NCBI GenBank assembly: GCA_010093815.1
Contig: ML996568.1
Reading direction: 5' to 3' (one strand)
DNA length: 64,000 bases
From: Pseudovirgaria hyperparasitica
Lineage: Eukaryota
The position numbers and the translations under genes were made by a program. The notes under the pieces are model-generated. The model did not search any database, had not been told where the DNA came from, and worked only from the letters and a program-made list of their open reading frames with translations. This document shows positions 1 through 13,189 of the stretch, in pieces (position 1 is the first letter of the stretch; every line of letters starts with the position of its first letter).

Positions 1-2371
1 TGTCAATTTGTGTTTTTATGACGAAGGTGACCTGACTCTCGAGAGCCTACGAACGATTACTCAGAACAGGATTCATGTATGAATTGACGCGTTACTACTT
101 ACCGTTTTCATCTTAGATCGAGCGTATGTGCTGGCACCATCATGGATGTACTCGAGATTGGAAAGAAGAACAAAACATGTCAAAAATATTTCATACCAAG
201 GCTTCGCTCCGGATCCGAATATCTTGCTCTTCAGTCCCTTTACGAGCTCAACTTGGAGCTCGTTAATGTACTTTAGGATAGCAACATCGAACTGATGTCC
301 CATAGCCTGAGGCAATGGTGTATCCATTCCTCGGTTGTATGACTCATAATCGGAAGGACTTGAGCTGATGTAGTCTACTCGTCGAAACTGCGTTGGGTCA
401 CCCCCAAAAACCGAGCCATACCCTTGAGACATGATCGCACCGCATTGTATACGGAGAGCCAGTGCGACAATCCTTGAACCTGACTTGTCTCTATAGCGGC
501 AAGCTTCAAGGAAAGTGAGGTGATTCAAAGGATCATCCCGGTATTGTGAAACGATCCATTTCTCAACGCTGGGTTGCGCAGCCTGAATCAGTCTACTCAT
601 ATCGTCTACGAGCTTCGAGGTATTGTAGATGGCAAATGGCTGTGTGGTGATTGGCTGCCGTCCACTGATGTGGTACGTAGTAGTATCCATTGCGAGCGTT
701 TTGTCGACATTATATTGACCATATTGTACAGTTACATGGTGTCCGTGGACTTGGACATTTCCAGGAAGAAACCAATGCACTTCCACGGTAGGTAGAGGCT
801 CGTCTACACGAATGAAATTATAGCGTATAAATTCAGCATTCTGTTGCCGAAACCTGGCATTGCCTACAACTTACGTTATTAACCTAGTATTGAGTCTCAC
901 ACAGATATGACTTACAATGCCTGATCATGCTATGATCCGCTAAATCTGCTCTTGTGCATGGCTCCAAAAAGCTACGAGCTGATCCAGCAACTTTAGTGCA
1001 TCGTTGGCATGGATTATTTCCATCGCACTACGAATATGTGAGTACATGCTCGAAGGATGCCTTCTACAGACGAAAAGTGACGACCAGCTGGGAGTCGAAC
1101 CAGAACTCTCTAATCACCATGAAAATCTATAAACATCTCTTAGGCAGGGAGGTCTTGTGACGTCTAGCATTGGAAAGAGGACGTTCGAGAGTAATACAAA
1201 TCTGACAAAAACATACTTACCCCAAGCTTATACATCTTGCAACGTAGACAGCGCCCGGTCTTTCGCATTTCAGCAGCTTTGGCTCGCCCTTCATCAGTCA
1301 ACTTGCCCTGTCTCTTCGACACCTTGCTCTTTGGTTGACGTTTTTTAAAGTGAGCACTACTGCGACTTGGCCCATTCTGATACCGAGGATCCCCTTTCAG
1401 TGGTTGAGGTTCAGCAGGTTCTTCGGCCTGCTCAACTTTAGAATCATGAGCTAGTCCCGCTTCGGCAGATATAGAAGGTGAGCGGTTTTCGTTGCTAGGT
1501 GGGCTATCGATTACAAGCTCCTCTGTTCCATATGGAGAATCATGTGGGGAGCTGATGTTCTGCCACGAGCTTGACGAAGGGACCGGTCCAGCGACAAGGG
1601 GCTGATAGTGGCTTTGCTGAATCCCGGTGATGGTTTGAAAGTTGATACCAGACTGAGTCTCGTCCATATTGAACGGAGCGTAAGGCTCGCTGTTGCCAAC
1701 GCTTACGAAGCTAGGCGTCATTGACGTATATGTGGAGCTGTAATTTTGCGGAGCGCCATGATCGACATGGCCTACCTCTGTCGTCATTGTGAGTCTGCGT
1801 AGGCTATCGTCAGGATTATCTCTAATCACACCATTAGACTGTCAACATACTGGCCTTGCCTATCGACTGTATGACTGTGAACAAGAAAAGCGCCATCACG
1901 GACATTATGTTGGTGATACCCATGAGTAACGGAATTGGAGCGAACCAGCAGTCTACTCTGTTGGCCATCACCAAAACAAAGGGTCGAGCTGGGTGAATGG
2001 TAGGCCTGTCTTTCGACCACGACTCTACTATCCCAAGCTACGGAGTCGAGAGGATCCCCAGAATGTGAAGGTTCTGAATTGCTTGATTCATGCCCTCTTA
2101 TGGGTAATGAAACAGAGCCGGTATAATCATGACCTCGAAGGTTCGCATCTGTTGCAGAGGTGTATGTTGCATCAGAAGTTACAGGTAGACTGGCTTCCCA
2201 CTCGTGCTCGCGTGTGGTGTAGGATGGCAAGAAGGCTTGACTAGGCGAGTATGAGGACACCGGTACCCATGTACCCATATAGGTACCGGAGTAGTTCCAC
2301 GAGCTGCCCTGTCCTTGTACCATGCTCCACGATATTTCCTCGTCCGGACTGGCTGCACCCTGATCGGTCAT
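1..2371 (-). CDS. Zn(II)2Cys6 (GAL4-type) fungal transcription factor-like protein, 3' end runs off the window
   Basis: Splicing GT-AG introns 1220-1028, 915-864 and 102-47 joins the ORF-track pieces and creates CLRCKMYKLG|CDGNNPCQRC...EPC (six Cys), preceded by a basic stretch (KKRQPKSKVSKRQGK). A first intron ending at 1822 (donor 1850 or 1919) is needed to join ORF 2371-1826 to ORF 1829-1164; the start codon is uncertain. Confidence 0.85.
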
Positions 2372-3236
2372 GACCGGAGAAATAGCGTTGAGGTAGCGTG
2401 CTGTGCCTGTTCATGCGAGACCCGCGTCTGTTATATCAGGAATTTTGGTCGTTGTGTGCTTGTCAGGTCGAAGATAAAATTATCTTTGAGCTGCACATCG
2501 AGGGCGCTGCCAGCGCTGCTGACTTTCTAGAACCCGTTGCCTTCTTCCCTCAGCCTCACTGAAGGTAAGCGACAGGCCTCTCGCACAATGTGTGCCACGG
2601 CCAAATACAGCCCACGGGTGTTAGAAAGGCTGCGCTTACGTCGAATCTGGCACAGTCACAGTACGCTCTGGCCAGAAAGTCGCCTAAAAAAGAATAGTAG
2701 GAGGAAATTCGGCGTGGACACTGCCTGTCCTGACTAATTATGTAGATGAGGTCTGAGGTAATATTGGCTCAGCTGTTCGAACAACTTACTTGATCGGTCA
2801 ACGAAGCCACAATGTCCAGATCGGGTAAGCACCTAGAGCCACGCCCCTCCTAGCGTCGTCCCACTGGGTACCTATATTCCACTACACTCATGTTCCATGC
2901 AATCTGATCGCTCTACTATGCGCCTGCTTTGTACACAGTAACGTTAGTGAGACGTTTATTTTCTTCGTCCCTGGTGTATAGGACTGCGCCCTATACTAAT
3001 CTTCATGCGACCTATCATCTGCTCCATCATGTCTTAACCCCGTCAGGAGGCTTTTTAGTACTGCCTTGAGCGATCAGGCTATGCAAATTATGCATCATAT
3101 ATAAGTTGAGGAGCTCGCCAGGGCATAGCTTTACGTATATTGGCGTACCTCCTCTCGTGGAATGATACTTAATACGGCTTCAACTTTGGGTTTCTGTTCG
3201 GATTTGTGAAGGCTTTCCTTTGTTTGCACCCTCGAG

Positions 3237-4341
3237 ATGGACAACATGAGCACTCCTTCCATGTTAGAGACGGCTGCCGCGAAAGGCAGCCAAGTCTGGG
3301 GCAAGGCTTCTACGTGCTCTCGTTTTTTGTGGCTTGTTGGAATGTCTGATTCTACTGCGATATGTCAGCCTTCTGTGAATCCTACTGCGCCACTGCTTCC
3401 CGCGCTTCCTCAAGACGTCTCTGCCGGGAAGATCAATCAAACGAAGGCTCAGATTCGGAAAGCTAACCTTCATGATCTGGATAGAATAGCCTTGGTCGCC
3501 ACTGCTGGCTTTTCGAATTCTGCCGTGTTCAAATACGAGCGACCCTATTATGGTCCCGCAACTATAATGGACACAATAAGTAGCTACAAGTGTTGGTTCT
3601 ACCAACAGATTACTGACGGTGATCATATCGTCCTTGTAATCGAGACAGGAGCAGTCGATCGTGAGCACAAGCACGAAAATCTTGCTGGCGATAGAGCTAT
3701 CGAAACCTACTACAATCAGCATCCAGGACACATACCTAGGATAAGGGAGACCGTCATCGCAGGTATCGCTTCAGTAAAAGTACCCAGATGTCACAACGCT
3801 CATAACAAATCGTCCGAGTACTTCACATGTGAGTGAAGTTACATCATGATCCGGCCAGCCGCTTACGATACCAAGCCACGATACCACCGATTAGGTTCAA
3901 AAGGCCGACCAAAAGCCTGAGAAGAGATGAGAGCCAGGAAAGTATACAGATATACAATGAGGTAACAAAGATCAAGAAAAGGTGAGACACTACTTGCACA
4001 TTTTGGCCCGTCAGAACGTAACCTAATCCATATCTAGCAAGATTGAAGGCATGATGAAGCTGGAGAGCCTGGTCGTCCATCCCACATATTGGAAAAACCG
4101 GTATGCCACAATGCTCGCCAAGTGGTGCTGTGATTTCGCCGATGCGTGCGACGAGGAGCTCGGGGTTTCTGCCGCACCCATGAGTCAGAACATATTGGAA
4201 AATCGCTTTCAGTTCGTGTCAGAGTCTGTCAGTTTAAATCGACTCACTCTAGAGGAGGACAAGGCGACGAGTCGAGATCGCAAAACCGTCGAACCTTTCG
4301 ACTTACATATTGGGATCCGGGCTCGACGTAATGACAGATGA
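3237..4341 (+). CDS. GNAT-family N-acetyltransferase-like protein
   Basis: Introns 3829-3875 (GTGAGT..AAG) and 3982-4037 (GTGAGA..CTAAT..TAG) join the 3237 and 4051 ORFs in frame. IRKANLHDLDRIALV, LESLVVHPTYWKNRYATMLAKW and LGVSAAPM resemble the fungal GNAT N-terminal strand, motif A and motif B. The start may be 3237 or a later ATG. Confidence 0.7.
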
Positions 4342-4465
4342 CCGGAATGAACGCTCCAGCTCTTTAAATAAATAAGGGTTAGGCCCGTTAGCTATCATTA
4401 TATCATCCCATCCACTAGACCGAATACTACAAAACCTATTGTAAGGATCGGATCAGGCGTCGTCG

Positions 4466-5490
4466 CTATCTGATGCCCGCCACTTTCACCTTGAGAAGAT
4501 TTTCTGCATTTTTATATCCAATCATCTCAAATTGCTCTTTGGTCACCATCCCACTACTCTCAAGATCTTCCATGAATTTAAGACCCCAGATATTCTGCGC
4601 GAATGGATAGTCGATGCTAAACAGGATCTTATCGATCTTGGTGTTCCGCAATATACATGCCATAGGACTCAAGCTCCAAACACCGCTTGTCGTGATCCAG
4701 ATGTTATTGTCGTAGACCTCTTGGAAGCTCCTCTTGCGATTGCCCCAGCGACTAGATATATAGGTGATGCGCTCTAGCTGAAAAGGTATCATCTCCCCCA
4801 TGTGTCCGATAATAAGCTTGAGCTTTGGGCACTTGTCGAAAAGGCCCGAAGCAAAAAGTTTCAACACGTGCAGTTGTGTGTCCGCGTGCCAGCCGAAGCC
4901 AGAACTACCTATGCTGAGTGCTGCCCCAGTGGAGAAGTTACCTTCGTAACGTGGAACCATATCTTCCGATGGCCAAGTCGGATGCAGATAGACCTAAATT
5001 CATCAGACTTCACTCAAGCACACACACAATATTAGCTCACAGGAACATCAAGCTCCTCTGCGGTTTTCCAGAACTTCAAGTACTCATCGCCTTCGTAATG
5101 TTGACCATTGACATGATTGTCAATTAACGTGCCCACAAAACCAAACTCTTTGACACATCTCCTTAGCTCACCCGCAGCACCTACTGGATCTGCCATTGGC
5201 AGCACTGCAAAGCCAGCGAAGCGATCCGGATTAGCTTGGACTGCTTCGTAAAGCTGCTTGTTTGCAGCGGTACACAGCGCAACGGTCGAAGCATCCGCTA
5301 TCGGGGCATGAGAAACAATCTGCATGGTGACACCGCCCTTATCCATCTCAGATATGCGCAGCGGTCCAATATCGTCCAATTTGTCTCGGACGCCGTCGAG
5401 CCATTTGAGCTGTTCCGAGTACATTCCTTCAGCGGTGTTAATCATCTCCTGGGAGAGGAAATGTTCTTCGAGAGCGATCAACGGTATCAT
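4466..5490 (-). CDS. Amidohydrolase-2 family metal-dependent non-oxidative decarboxylase (ACMSD / aromatic-acid decarboxylase-like)
   Basis: One 47-nt intron (5040-4994, GTGAGC..CTGAT..TAG). Motifs IALEEHF, VYLHP, IIGHMGEMIPF and ILFSIDYPF are typical of this family. The substrate cannot be assigned from sequence. Confidence 0.92.
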
Positions 5491-5669
5491 ATTGTAGAGC
5501 TTCAGTAGATTGCCGCAGTTGACAGGTTTCGTAATTAGCCTTTATATTGAAAGCTACAAAAGTTAGTTGGATAGTCTCGGAGTGAGATTTAGAGGGTGCC
5601 GGCCGGATCCGTTTATCCATAGTTACATGAGAAAGCTTGGCAGTCGGTGCACGCTCATGTCGCACGCAC

Positions 5670-6906
5670 ACGTTTTACAGTATATACGATATTTTATAAT
5701 ATTTTTAATAATTACCACATATATTTATAAAAATACTACTATATATTAGTTTTATACTATATTAGCTATATATTAGTGTTTTTTTAAGTATTTTATAATA
5801 TCTATTATACCTTCTAAGTCGTGTAAAGGCGTCTAATTCGGTTATAATAACTTAATAGAACCTCTACTACTACTAGCTAGACTATAGCTATATATATCTA
5901 TATTAAAGACGCTCTAGAATAATATAGAGAAGGTATTAAGGGCTATAAAGATAGTAGTAAGGTATAAAAATATATCTCTAGCGCGCCCTATTACTAAATC
6001 TATAACTCTATTAAGCCCTTCTCTAATCTTACTAAGTACTATATCTAATAAAACTATTAATAATACTATAGATAATAAAGAGATAGTTAAAGTTAAGAAG
6101 AATAAGAATAAGAATATAGCCCTTAATAGAGTAATCTAGTCTATCTATATTAATTAGTAGTTAAGAGTAGATAGATTTAGTAAGATTATTAGGATAAGAT
6201 TCTTAGAGATAGTTACTTAGTATAAGTTTAAGAAAGAGAAGTATAAGGAAGAGATTTAGAGACTTATTAATAAGTCTCTAGCTATAGATAATTAGCTATT
6301 TAAGGCTAGAAGCTTTACTATAAAGCTTAGAATTAATAGACGTCCTAGAAAATAGTTAAGTATACTAGATTAGAGTATATTTAACTAGAATAAGATACTT
6401 AGCTTTATTAATAAGGTCTATAGTTTTATAAAAAGAATCTACTTAAGGCTATATTTATTATATTTAAGGATACTATCTATTATTAGAGTTACTAGTCTCT
6501 AGGGTATAAGAAGACTATCTTATTAAATCCGAAGTCCTCTATACTATTACTACTTACTAGTATAGTATCTACTAGTATAGTATTATTACTAGTAGATCTA
6601 AATCTTAAAGAACGTATAAAATAGCTAGTTAAATCTTAAGAGAATTAAAGATAGTAAGAATATAATTAAGAAGTTATTATTAATAATATATAGAGTAAGC
6701 TATAGTATAATAAGATAATCTATTTAAACTACTAAGGCTAGTACTATAAGGTTATCTTATCTAATAGTATACTTTATTATAAGATAGATAAGACTATCTT
6801 AGAGCTATAGATAAATAATATTATTAATAGTATCTAAGATATAACTAAAGATAAGCTATTAGTAGAGTTATTCTATAAGATATTAGTATAGCTATATCTA
6901 AGGAAG
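5670..6906. other. Heavily RIPed relic of unknown origin (outermost layer, target of element A)
   Basis: RIP composition with no recognisable domain; ends at the TG-start of LTR-A. Confidence 0.4.
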
Positions 6907-7435
6907 TATAATGAATTACTAGCTAGAGCCATAGAAAGATACGTAGACTCTAGTACGAGTAGCGTAAGGAATAGTATAATATATAGAAGAGGGGCCTATA
7001 ATATAATAGATAGCCTTAAGTAATAACCTAAGGCTAAGGTAGACACCTATAGGGAGAGCTAATTATAGATACTTAGAATAGGTATTCTAAGTAGCCTACT
7101 AGATAATTAGAAATAGAATATCGGTATTCTAAGTAATATACTAAATACTTAGAATAAGTATTCTAATTAGAGGACCTTAGTAGAACTATATAGACTCTTT
7201 AGACCCGACCTCTAGAGATAGTTCTATAGTAATTAATTTAAACTTATACTAATATAATTACTACTTTACTCGCCTACTAGCTAGTTACTATTTATACTCT
7301 ATTAATACTTACTATAAACCTACTTATACTCCTCTAAGCCTTCTAAGTACCTTTACCTTAAGGAAAGCCGGAATACTCTATATAATAGACTACTTAAGGG
7401 ATAGACTATATCCTTATCTAGGAAGGTTTATTATA
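6907..7435 (+). repeat. 5' LTR of Ty3/Gypsy family A (~529 bp)
   Basis: Termini tataatgaa...tttattata (de-RIP TGTAATGAA...TTCATTACA). The first ~350 bp match 9578-9930 in reverse complement. Followed by PBS gtttaattact and gag. Confidence 0.85.
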
Positions 7436-7489
7436 GTTTAATTACTCTACTTAGACTCTAAAATAAGTATTTATACTATCTATTTAAAT

Positions 7490-8635
7490 ATAAAATAGTA
7501 AATAATAGATAATCCTTATCTTTATAAACCGCCCTATAAGTACTAACTATAGAGTAAGTTAGATATCTTATTATTAAACTAGGGGAGTAAGTTACGAAGC
7601 TCTAGAGAGAAAATATTAAACTTAGAAAAGCTAAAGAGGGCTTTAAAAGAAAAATCCTAGAACCTTTTAAAGGTAAGTAAAGCGAACTCTAAGGATTTCT
7701 AATATAGATTAGAATATATCTTTAGGCCTATTAAATTTAGAACCTAGAAGAATAAGTTATATTTACTACTAGACTACTAAAGGGAGATATACTTACTTAG
7801 TTTAAACTCTACTTAAGGGACTTTATAGAAAATAATCTATAGAATTAATAGAATAATACTACTAAGGTCTTTAAATATTTTAAAGAATTTAAGGAATATA
7901 TTAAGATAACCTTTAGAGATATAGATAAGTAAAGAATAGCTAAGAGATAGATCTAGTAAATAGTCTAGATAAAATCTATATCTAACTATACCTCTAAATT
8001 CTAATAAATCTCTAGTTAGTTAGAATAGAATAATAAACCTCTAATTCTCTAGTTCTATACCGGACTATATAATAATATTAAGAATAAAATCTCTAGAGAG
8101 AGAGACTATTCTACTAACCTCTAAGAGTATATTAAGCTTATAGTCTAGATTAATAACTAACTATATAAGAGATACTATAAGAAAAGAAGAGAAAAGATCT
8201 TTTAATCTATACTTAAATAAGATACTAGGAAGGGCTATATTAATAAGGCTCTAAACTATCTATATAAGGAATTCTATAATAGACCTATACTAATAGAACT
8301 TAGTACCTTATAGATAAAATATCTATCTAATAAAGAAAGGGAGTAACTAAAGAAGGAAGGTAAGTATCTCTACTATAAGGAAAAGAGATACTATACCTAT
8401 AAATACTCGAAAAATAAAAACAAGAAAAATTAGATTAAGGACCCGGTACTAAGATAAGGAAACTTTACTATAGAAAAAGAAGAAGTACCTTATATAGCTA
8501 TATTATAGACTAGTTATACTAATAACCTCTACTTTATATATAAGTTAAAAAAAGATAGTATAGATTAGTATCTAAAGAAAAGAAATATTTTAATAGCTAG
8601 TAAATAACCTCTATTACTCTATAAAAAATAGAACT
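7490..8635 (+). pseudogene. gag: RIPed gag of family A
   Basis: De-RIP reading gives KIPEPFEGKQSELQGFL (~7650), a CCHC knuckle (~8365-8405) and a WTGC-DD-C-H motif (~8505). Ends abruptly at the SINE tail; start approximate. Confidence 0.8.
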
Positions 8636-9577
8636 ATAATAATAATAATATTAGTGTTTAACTAGGAAGAACTATATATATAGCCATATATATGCTCCAT
8701 AGGCTCAGGCCTCCTCTAGTATTAGCTACTATATATATAAGAAAACCTCCTATAATTAGCTCCCTAACTAGACCCTATTACTAATCTAACCTAGCCTAGT
8801 CTAAGTCCTCGAATCCCATTAGGTAACAAACTTACTTCTTATCCTTATATTAGGCTTTTATTACTATATTAGTACCGGCTCTTAATAACGCCCTAACTAA
8901 CTATAGTAGGTATTACCTTTCTTATGATTAGGTAGGTCGCTAGGCTAGGCCTAGTCTTTTATTCCTATGTTACCGTGTTTTTTCCTATCTATAGGAATAT
9001 AGCTTTACGCCGGGTAGTAGTTATTAATTAAGATAACTAATACCGGAGGGGGTATATATCTAATAGGTCCATGCCTTAGTACTAACCCTAGCTAGGCCGA
9101 ATTCGGAAATTATTCTTTGGGGCTATATAATCGTCTATAGGTGGGCGGGATACTTAATTAGGTATTACCGTCTATTTTATAGTTACCGAGCCGGAGTAAG
9201 CACGAGCTAAGCCGGATTAGGGTAGATAAGGCCCCGGTATATAGTAAAAATTCTATGATTCGAGCTAAGCTAGTTATGGGTCTAGCCGCTCTAGGCGTCG
9301 CTCTACTACTTAAGGTAGCTTAGTAGATAGCTATATTAGGTAATTCTTATTATATAATAATAGTATAGTTATTTTTACATTACCTAATGGTCGCTTAGGA
9401 CTAAGTAGTTATATAATGGTAACCTTTACATCACGTGCTCGCTTAGCCCCGTATACTTTTTAATAGAGCGTGCGAAAACTAGTGTATAAAAAGGTGGCCG
9501 TTATAGGATTCGAACCCACGACGTTAGATAACAAACGCTTCTAGTAACGTAGTATACTACTACTACGCCACCTGGCT
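8636..9577 (-). mobile_element. tRNA-headed SINE, copy 1 (~940 bp)
   Basis: Reverse complement of 36657-37594. A box TGGCGTAGTAG, B box GGTTCGAATCC and (TTA)n tail. The two flanks do not form a TSD. Confidence 0.88.
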
Positions 9578-11615
9578 AATTATATTAGTATAAGTTTAAA
9601 TTAATTACTATAGAACTATCTCTAGAGGTTAGATTTAAAGGGTCTATATAGTTCTACTAAGGTCCTTTACTTAGAATACTTATTCTAAGTATCTAGTATA
9701 TTATTTAGAATACTAATATTCTATTTCTAATTACTTAGTATACTACTTAGAATATCTATTCTAAGTATCTATAATTAGCTCTCTCTATAGTTACCTATTT
9801 TAGCTTTAGATTATTATCTAAGGCTATCTATACTATTATAGATACCCCTTCTATATATTATACTATCTCTTATACTACTTATACTAGAGTCTATATATTC
9901 TTCTATAGTTATAACTAGTAATTTATTATATAATACCTCTTCTAAGGTACTTTGTCCTAAAGTACTTCTATAGTTACTTATAAGTAGATAGTTATTCTAA
10001 CTTTCTTTAGTAAGGAGCTCTTCTCTCTTTTCTTCTATTATATCTAGAGTTACGAAATTAGTTAAGTTTTCTAAGTCTAATCTAGTAAAATAGAGAGTTA
10101 CTTTATCTATCTTAATTAATTATAAAGGTAATAAAATACCTTTCCCTTACTTATTTTATAAGAAATATAGTTTAACTTATAGAGTCGTATTTATAAAGTC
10201 TAATAAGTATTTAGAGTATATTTATTAGGGTTATTTAGTAAGTAAGTATAGAATTAAGACTTTAAGCGAGTTATCTTATAAGTCTTCTTTCTTTTTATTA
10301 GGGCTAGTAAATAATATTTCTAGATAAGAAGGTTTATTCTAAGAAGACTTATCTTAAGCTAGAGAAAGAATATATAACTACTATCTAGCGAAAAGCTTAG
10401 TAGAACGCTTAGACTATCTTTATATATCTAGAGTATTTAGAGAAATAATAGAAGCTATTAGAGTATTATTAAAATAATATACTTTATTAGAATCTATTAG
10501 TAATAGATCTTAAGAAAGAGAAGAAGTAACTTAAATAATAATAGAGAGTTATTACTAAGAAGGTTCCGAATTCTCCCTTAGATTTTAATAATTCTTAGCT
10601 TAGTATAGAAGACTAGGCGAATCTAGATTTATTTAATAGAACTTCTATAATAGTTACTAGTAGTTCGTTAAATATTCTCTAGATTTCTAAGTATTTAATT
10701 TATATCTATAGTCTTTCTACTTAATTAGGTATTCTAGTATTTTATTACTAATTCTAGATTCTAGAATCTTTTTAACTTTAAATTCTTTATCTATAGCTTT
10801 AATATTAGTTTTAACTTTTATATTATATAGTACTAGCTCTAGTAACGAGATATAAAATACTAGGTATATTCTTATATTCTAAGGTAAAGATAGTTTATAA
10901 TTAACTTCTAAAATTTTTTATTTTATTTAGAAAGGTCTAATCTTCTTAAAGTCTAGTTTACTATTTAGTTATTATATCTTAATATTTTTTTTATACGAGG
11001 AATACTAGGTCTCCCCCCTTTAGAGATAGTCTCTTTATTCTTTTCTAATTTATATATCTTACTATTCTTTTATTTATAAAAGAAAGTTTAGTTTATAGCT
11101 CTAAGTATAGCTTATATAGTTATTCTACCTTAATCCTTACTTTTAGTACGGATTATTCTAGTTTATAATTATAGCTAGCTATAGGGTTAAATCTATAGCT
11201 TACGTAGAACGGTAAAGTTTTAGTTATTAAGGTTATTATACTATTATAGATAAATTAAGCTAGTAGTAGTAGTTCTATCTAATTATCTTATTATTTATTA
11301 ATATAGTATTATAGATATTATTCTAATATTCTATTTAGAATCTCCGTTTATCTATCCGTCTATAGATAATAGACTATTAATAGTTAGTAACTTATTCTAA
11401 GCTATTATACTAGGCTTTTCTAAAAGTTTAATATAAAGAGCTTATCTCTATTAGATATAATACTATTAGATAATCTATAGTTTACTATAACTACTTATAG
11501 AAATATATAGGCTATTTCTTCTATATCTATATTCTTCTAATATAGTATAAAGTAGACATACTTTGTAAGTTTATTAACTACTACTAGTATAGTATTATAC
11601 TATACTCGCGAAACT
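9578..11615 (-). mobile_element. 3' part of family A: integrase C-terminus, chromodomain, PPT and truncated 3' LTR (9930-9578)
   Basis: Minus-strand de-RIP motifs QTDG...LEQYL.CY.N..QDNW (~11280-11370), IGPF (~10935) and chromodomain EFEVEKIL..EYLIKWK.Y..NTW (~10650-10790). Interrupted at 11616 by LTR-C. Confidence 0.88.
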
Positions 11616-13189
11616 TATAAGAATAGAGTTATTAGATAGTAGTATAGTTAGATAGAATAATAGAGTATATTCTATTATAGAATAAATTACTACTAAACCC
11701 TTTTAGTAGGAATCTAAGAGTATATATATAAAGAGACGCCGATCTATCTAGTATATAACTATTTACTACCCTTTACGCTACCTTCTAACTATATTAGCTA
11801 AGATATATATAGATTAGGTTATACCTAAGACTAAGTTCTAATAATTATCCCCTTTCTTTAGAAAGCTACCCTTAGTAACCTAGATTATTATCTATCTCTA
11901 TATTTCTATTCTAAGTTCTATAAGACCTTAGTTATTCTTTATACTTTATCTTAGATATATATAGATACTTACTAATCTAAGATTTATATAAGTATTTTTC
12001 TAATAAACTAGATTTTATCTATCCTAAATTCTTATATAGATAGAATTATCTAATTAGGCCTAGTGTATCACGTAATATAATTAGATAAGCCTAGGTACTA
12101 TCTATATTAAAATCTTTTCTTAGAAATATTCCTTTCTTTAAAAAACTTCTTAACTCTTTATAGAGTTTTTTAGATTATTAGATATATTACCTAATTCTTA
12201 TAGATATAGATTTATATAGATTTACTATAATTTAGTATAATTTATATAATTTACTAATTTTTATACTATATTTAGCTAGTAATAATAATAATCTATAATA
12301 ATCTATATAAATTAGTAATAATTATAATATAGTTTTCTAAAATCTTAATACTTAGAAGTAATTAATACTAAAATAGATACCCTTAAATAATTCTTATCTA
12401 GTATATATTACTAATATATTAAAAGCTATTAATCTACTCTAACCTAGGCCGGTATAAGGATTATAGACGTAGGATAGTAGTCTAATAGGTCATAGAAGGA
12501 TTCGGGAATATATTTAAAAGGGTAGTCTACTCTCCTAACGAGGTTGATTCCTAAAGAGTAGGAATTAAGTATATGCGGCCTACTTATATAGTAGTCTCGC
12601 TTATTCTAGCTAACTTACCCTAGGTCTACCTATTACGGACCGTACTAGACTATAGTATTCTAGTTAAGTCCATCCTAGTATTAGCCCTAATAATATCCTT
12701 CTTCTTTTTATACTTCGCCCCGAAGTACTTAGCTATATATAAATCCGTAATTCTATAAGCATTATATTTATACGCGCATCTAATTAAATCTATATAACGT
12801 TATTAATAGTCTTTATATCGGTAAACTTAAGCTCTAGTTTACTTTTATTTATGCACGCGCTTATCCCTTACTTTATAGCTACTACCTTAGAGATAGCTCC
12901 GCGGGTTATATAACTACTATATTAACTAAGCTTATATTTAGTTCTCTTATTCTAAATTTTCTTCTCTAGTATATCCACCTTACTCTTAAGGTAAGTCGTT
13001 AATTCGTATACTATCTCCTTTAGTTTAGATCCGTTCGGGTCTAGAGTAGTCTATTTTTATTAGAGCTAGTCCTATATAATCCATTCGCGTTATTATAGTT
13101 ACTAATTTAGCTTCTTTAATCGCCTTTAAGGCTAAATAAGTATTCTTCTCTTAGATCTCTAGCTAACGTGTGTATATAGATATCTAATA

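Noticed and set aside
1..5490. Secondary-metabolite cluster (TF, acetyltransferase, decarboxylase)
   Set aside because: No backbone enzyme or transporter is in the window; adjacency alone is insufficient.
574..5749. Small ORF-track entries overlapping or between the three genes
   Set aside because: They are opposite-strand or off-frame shadows of real CDSs, or short ORFs with non-ATG starts and no motifs.
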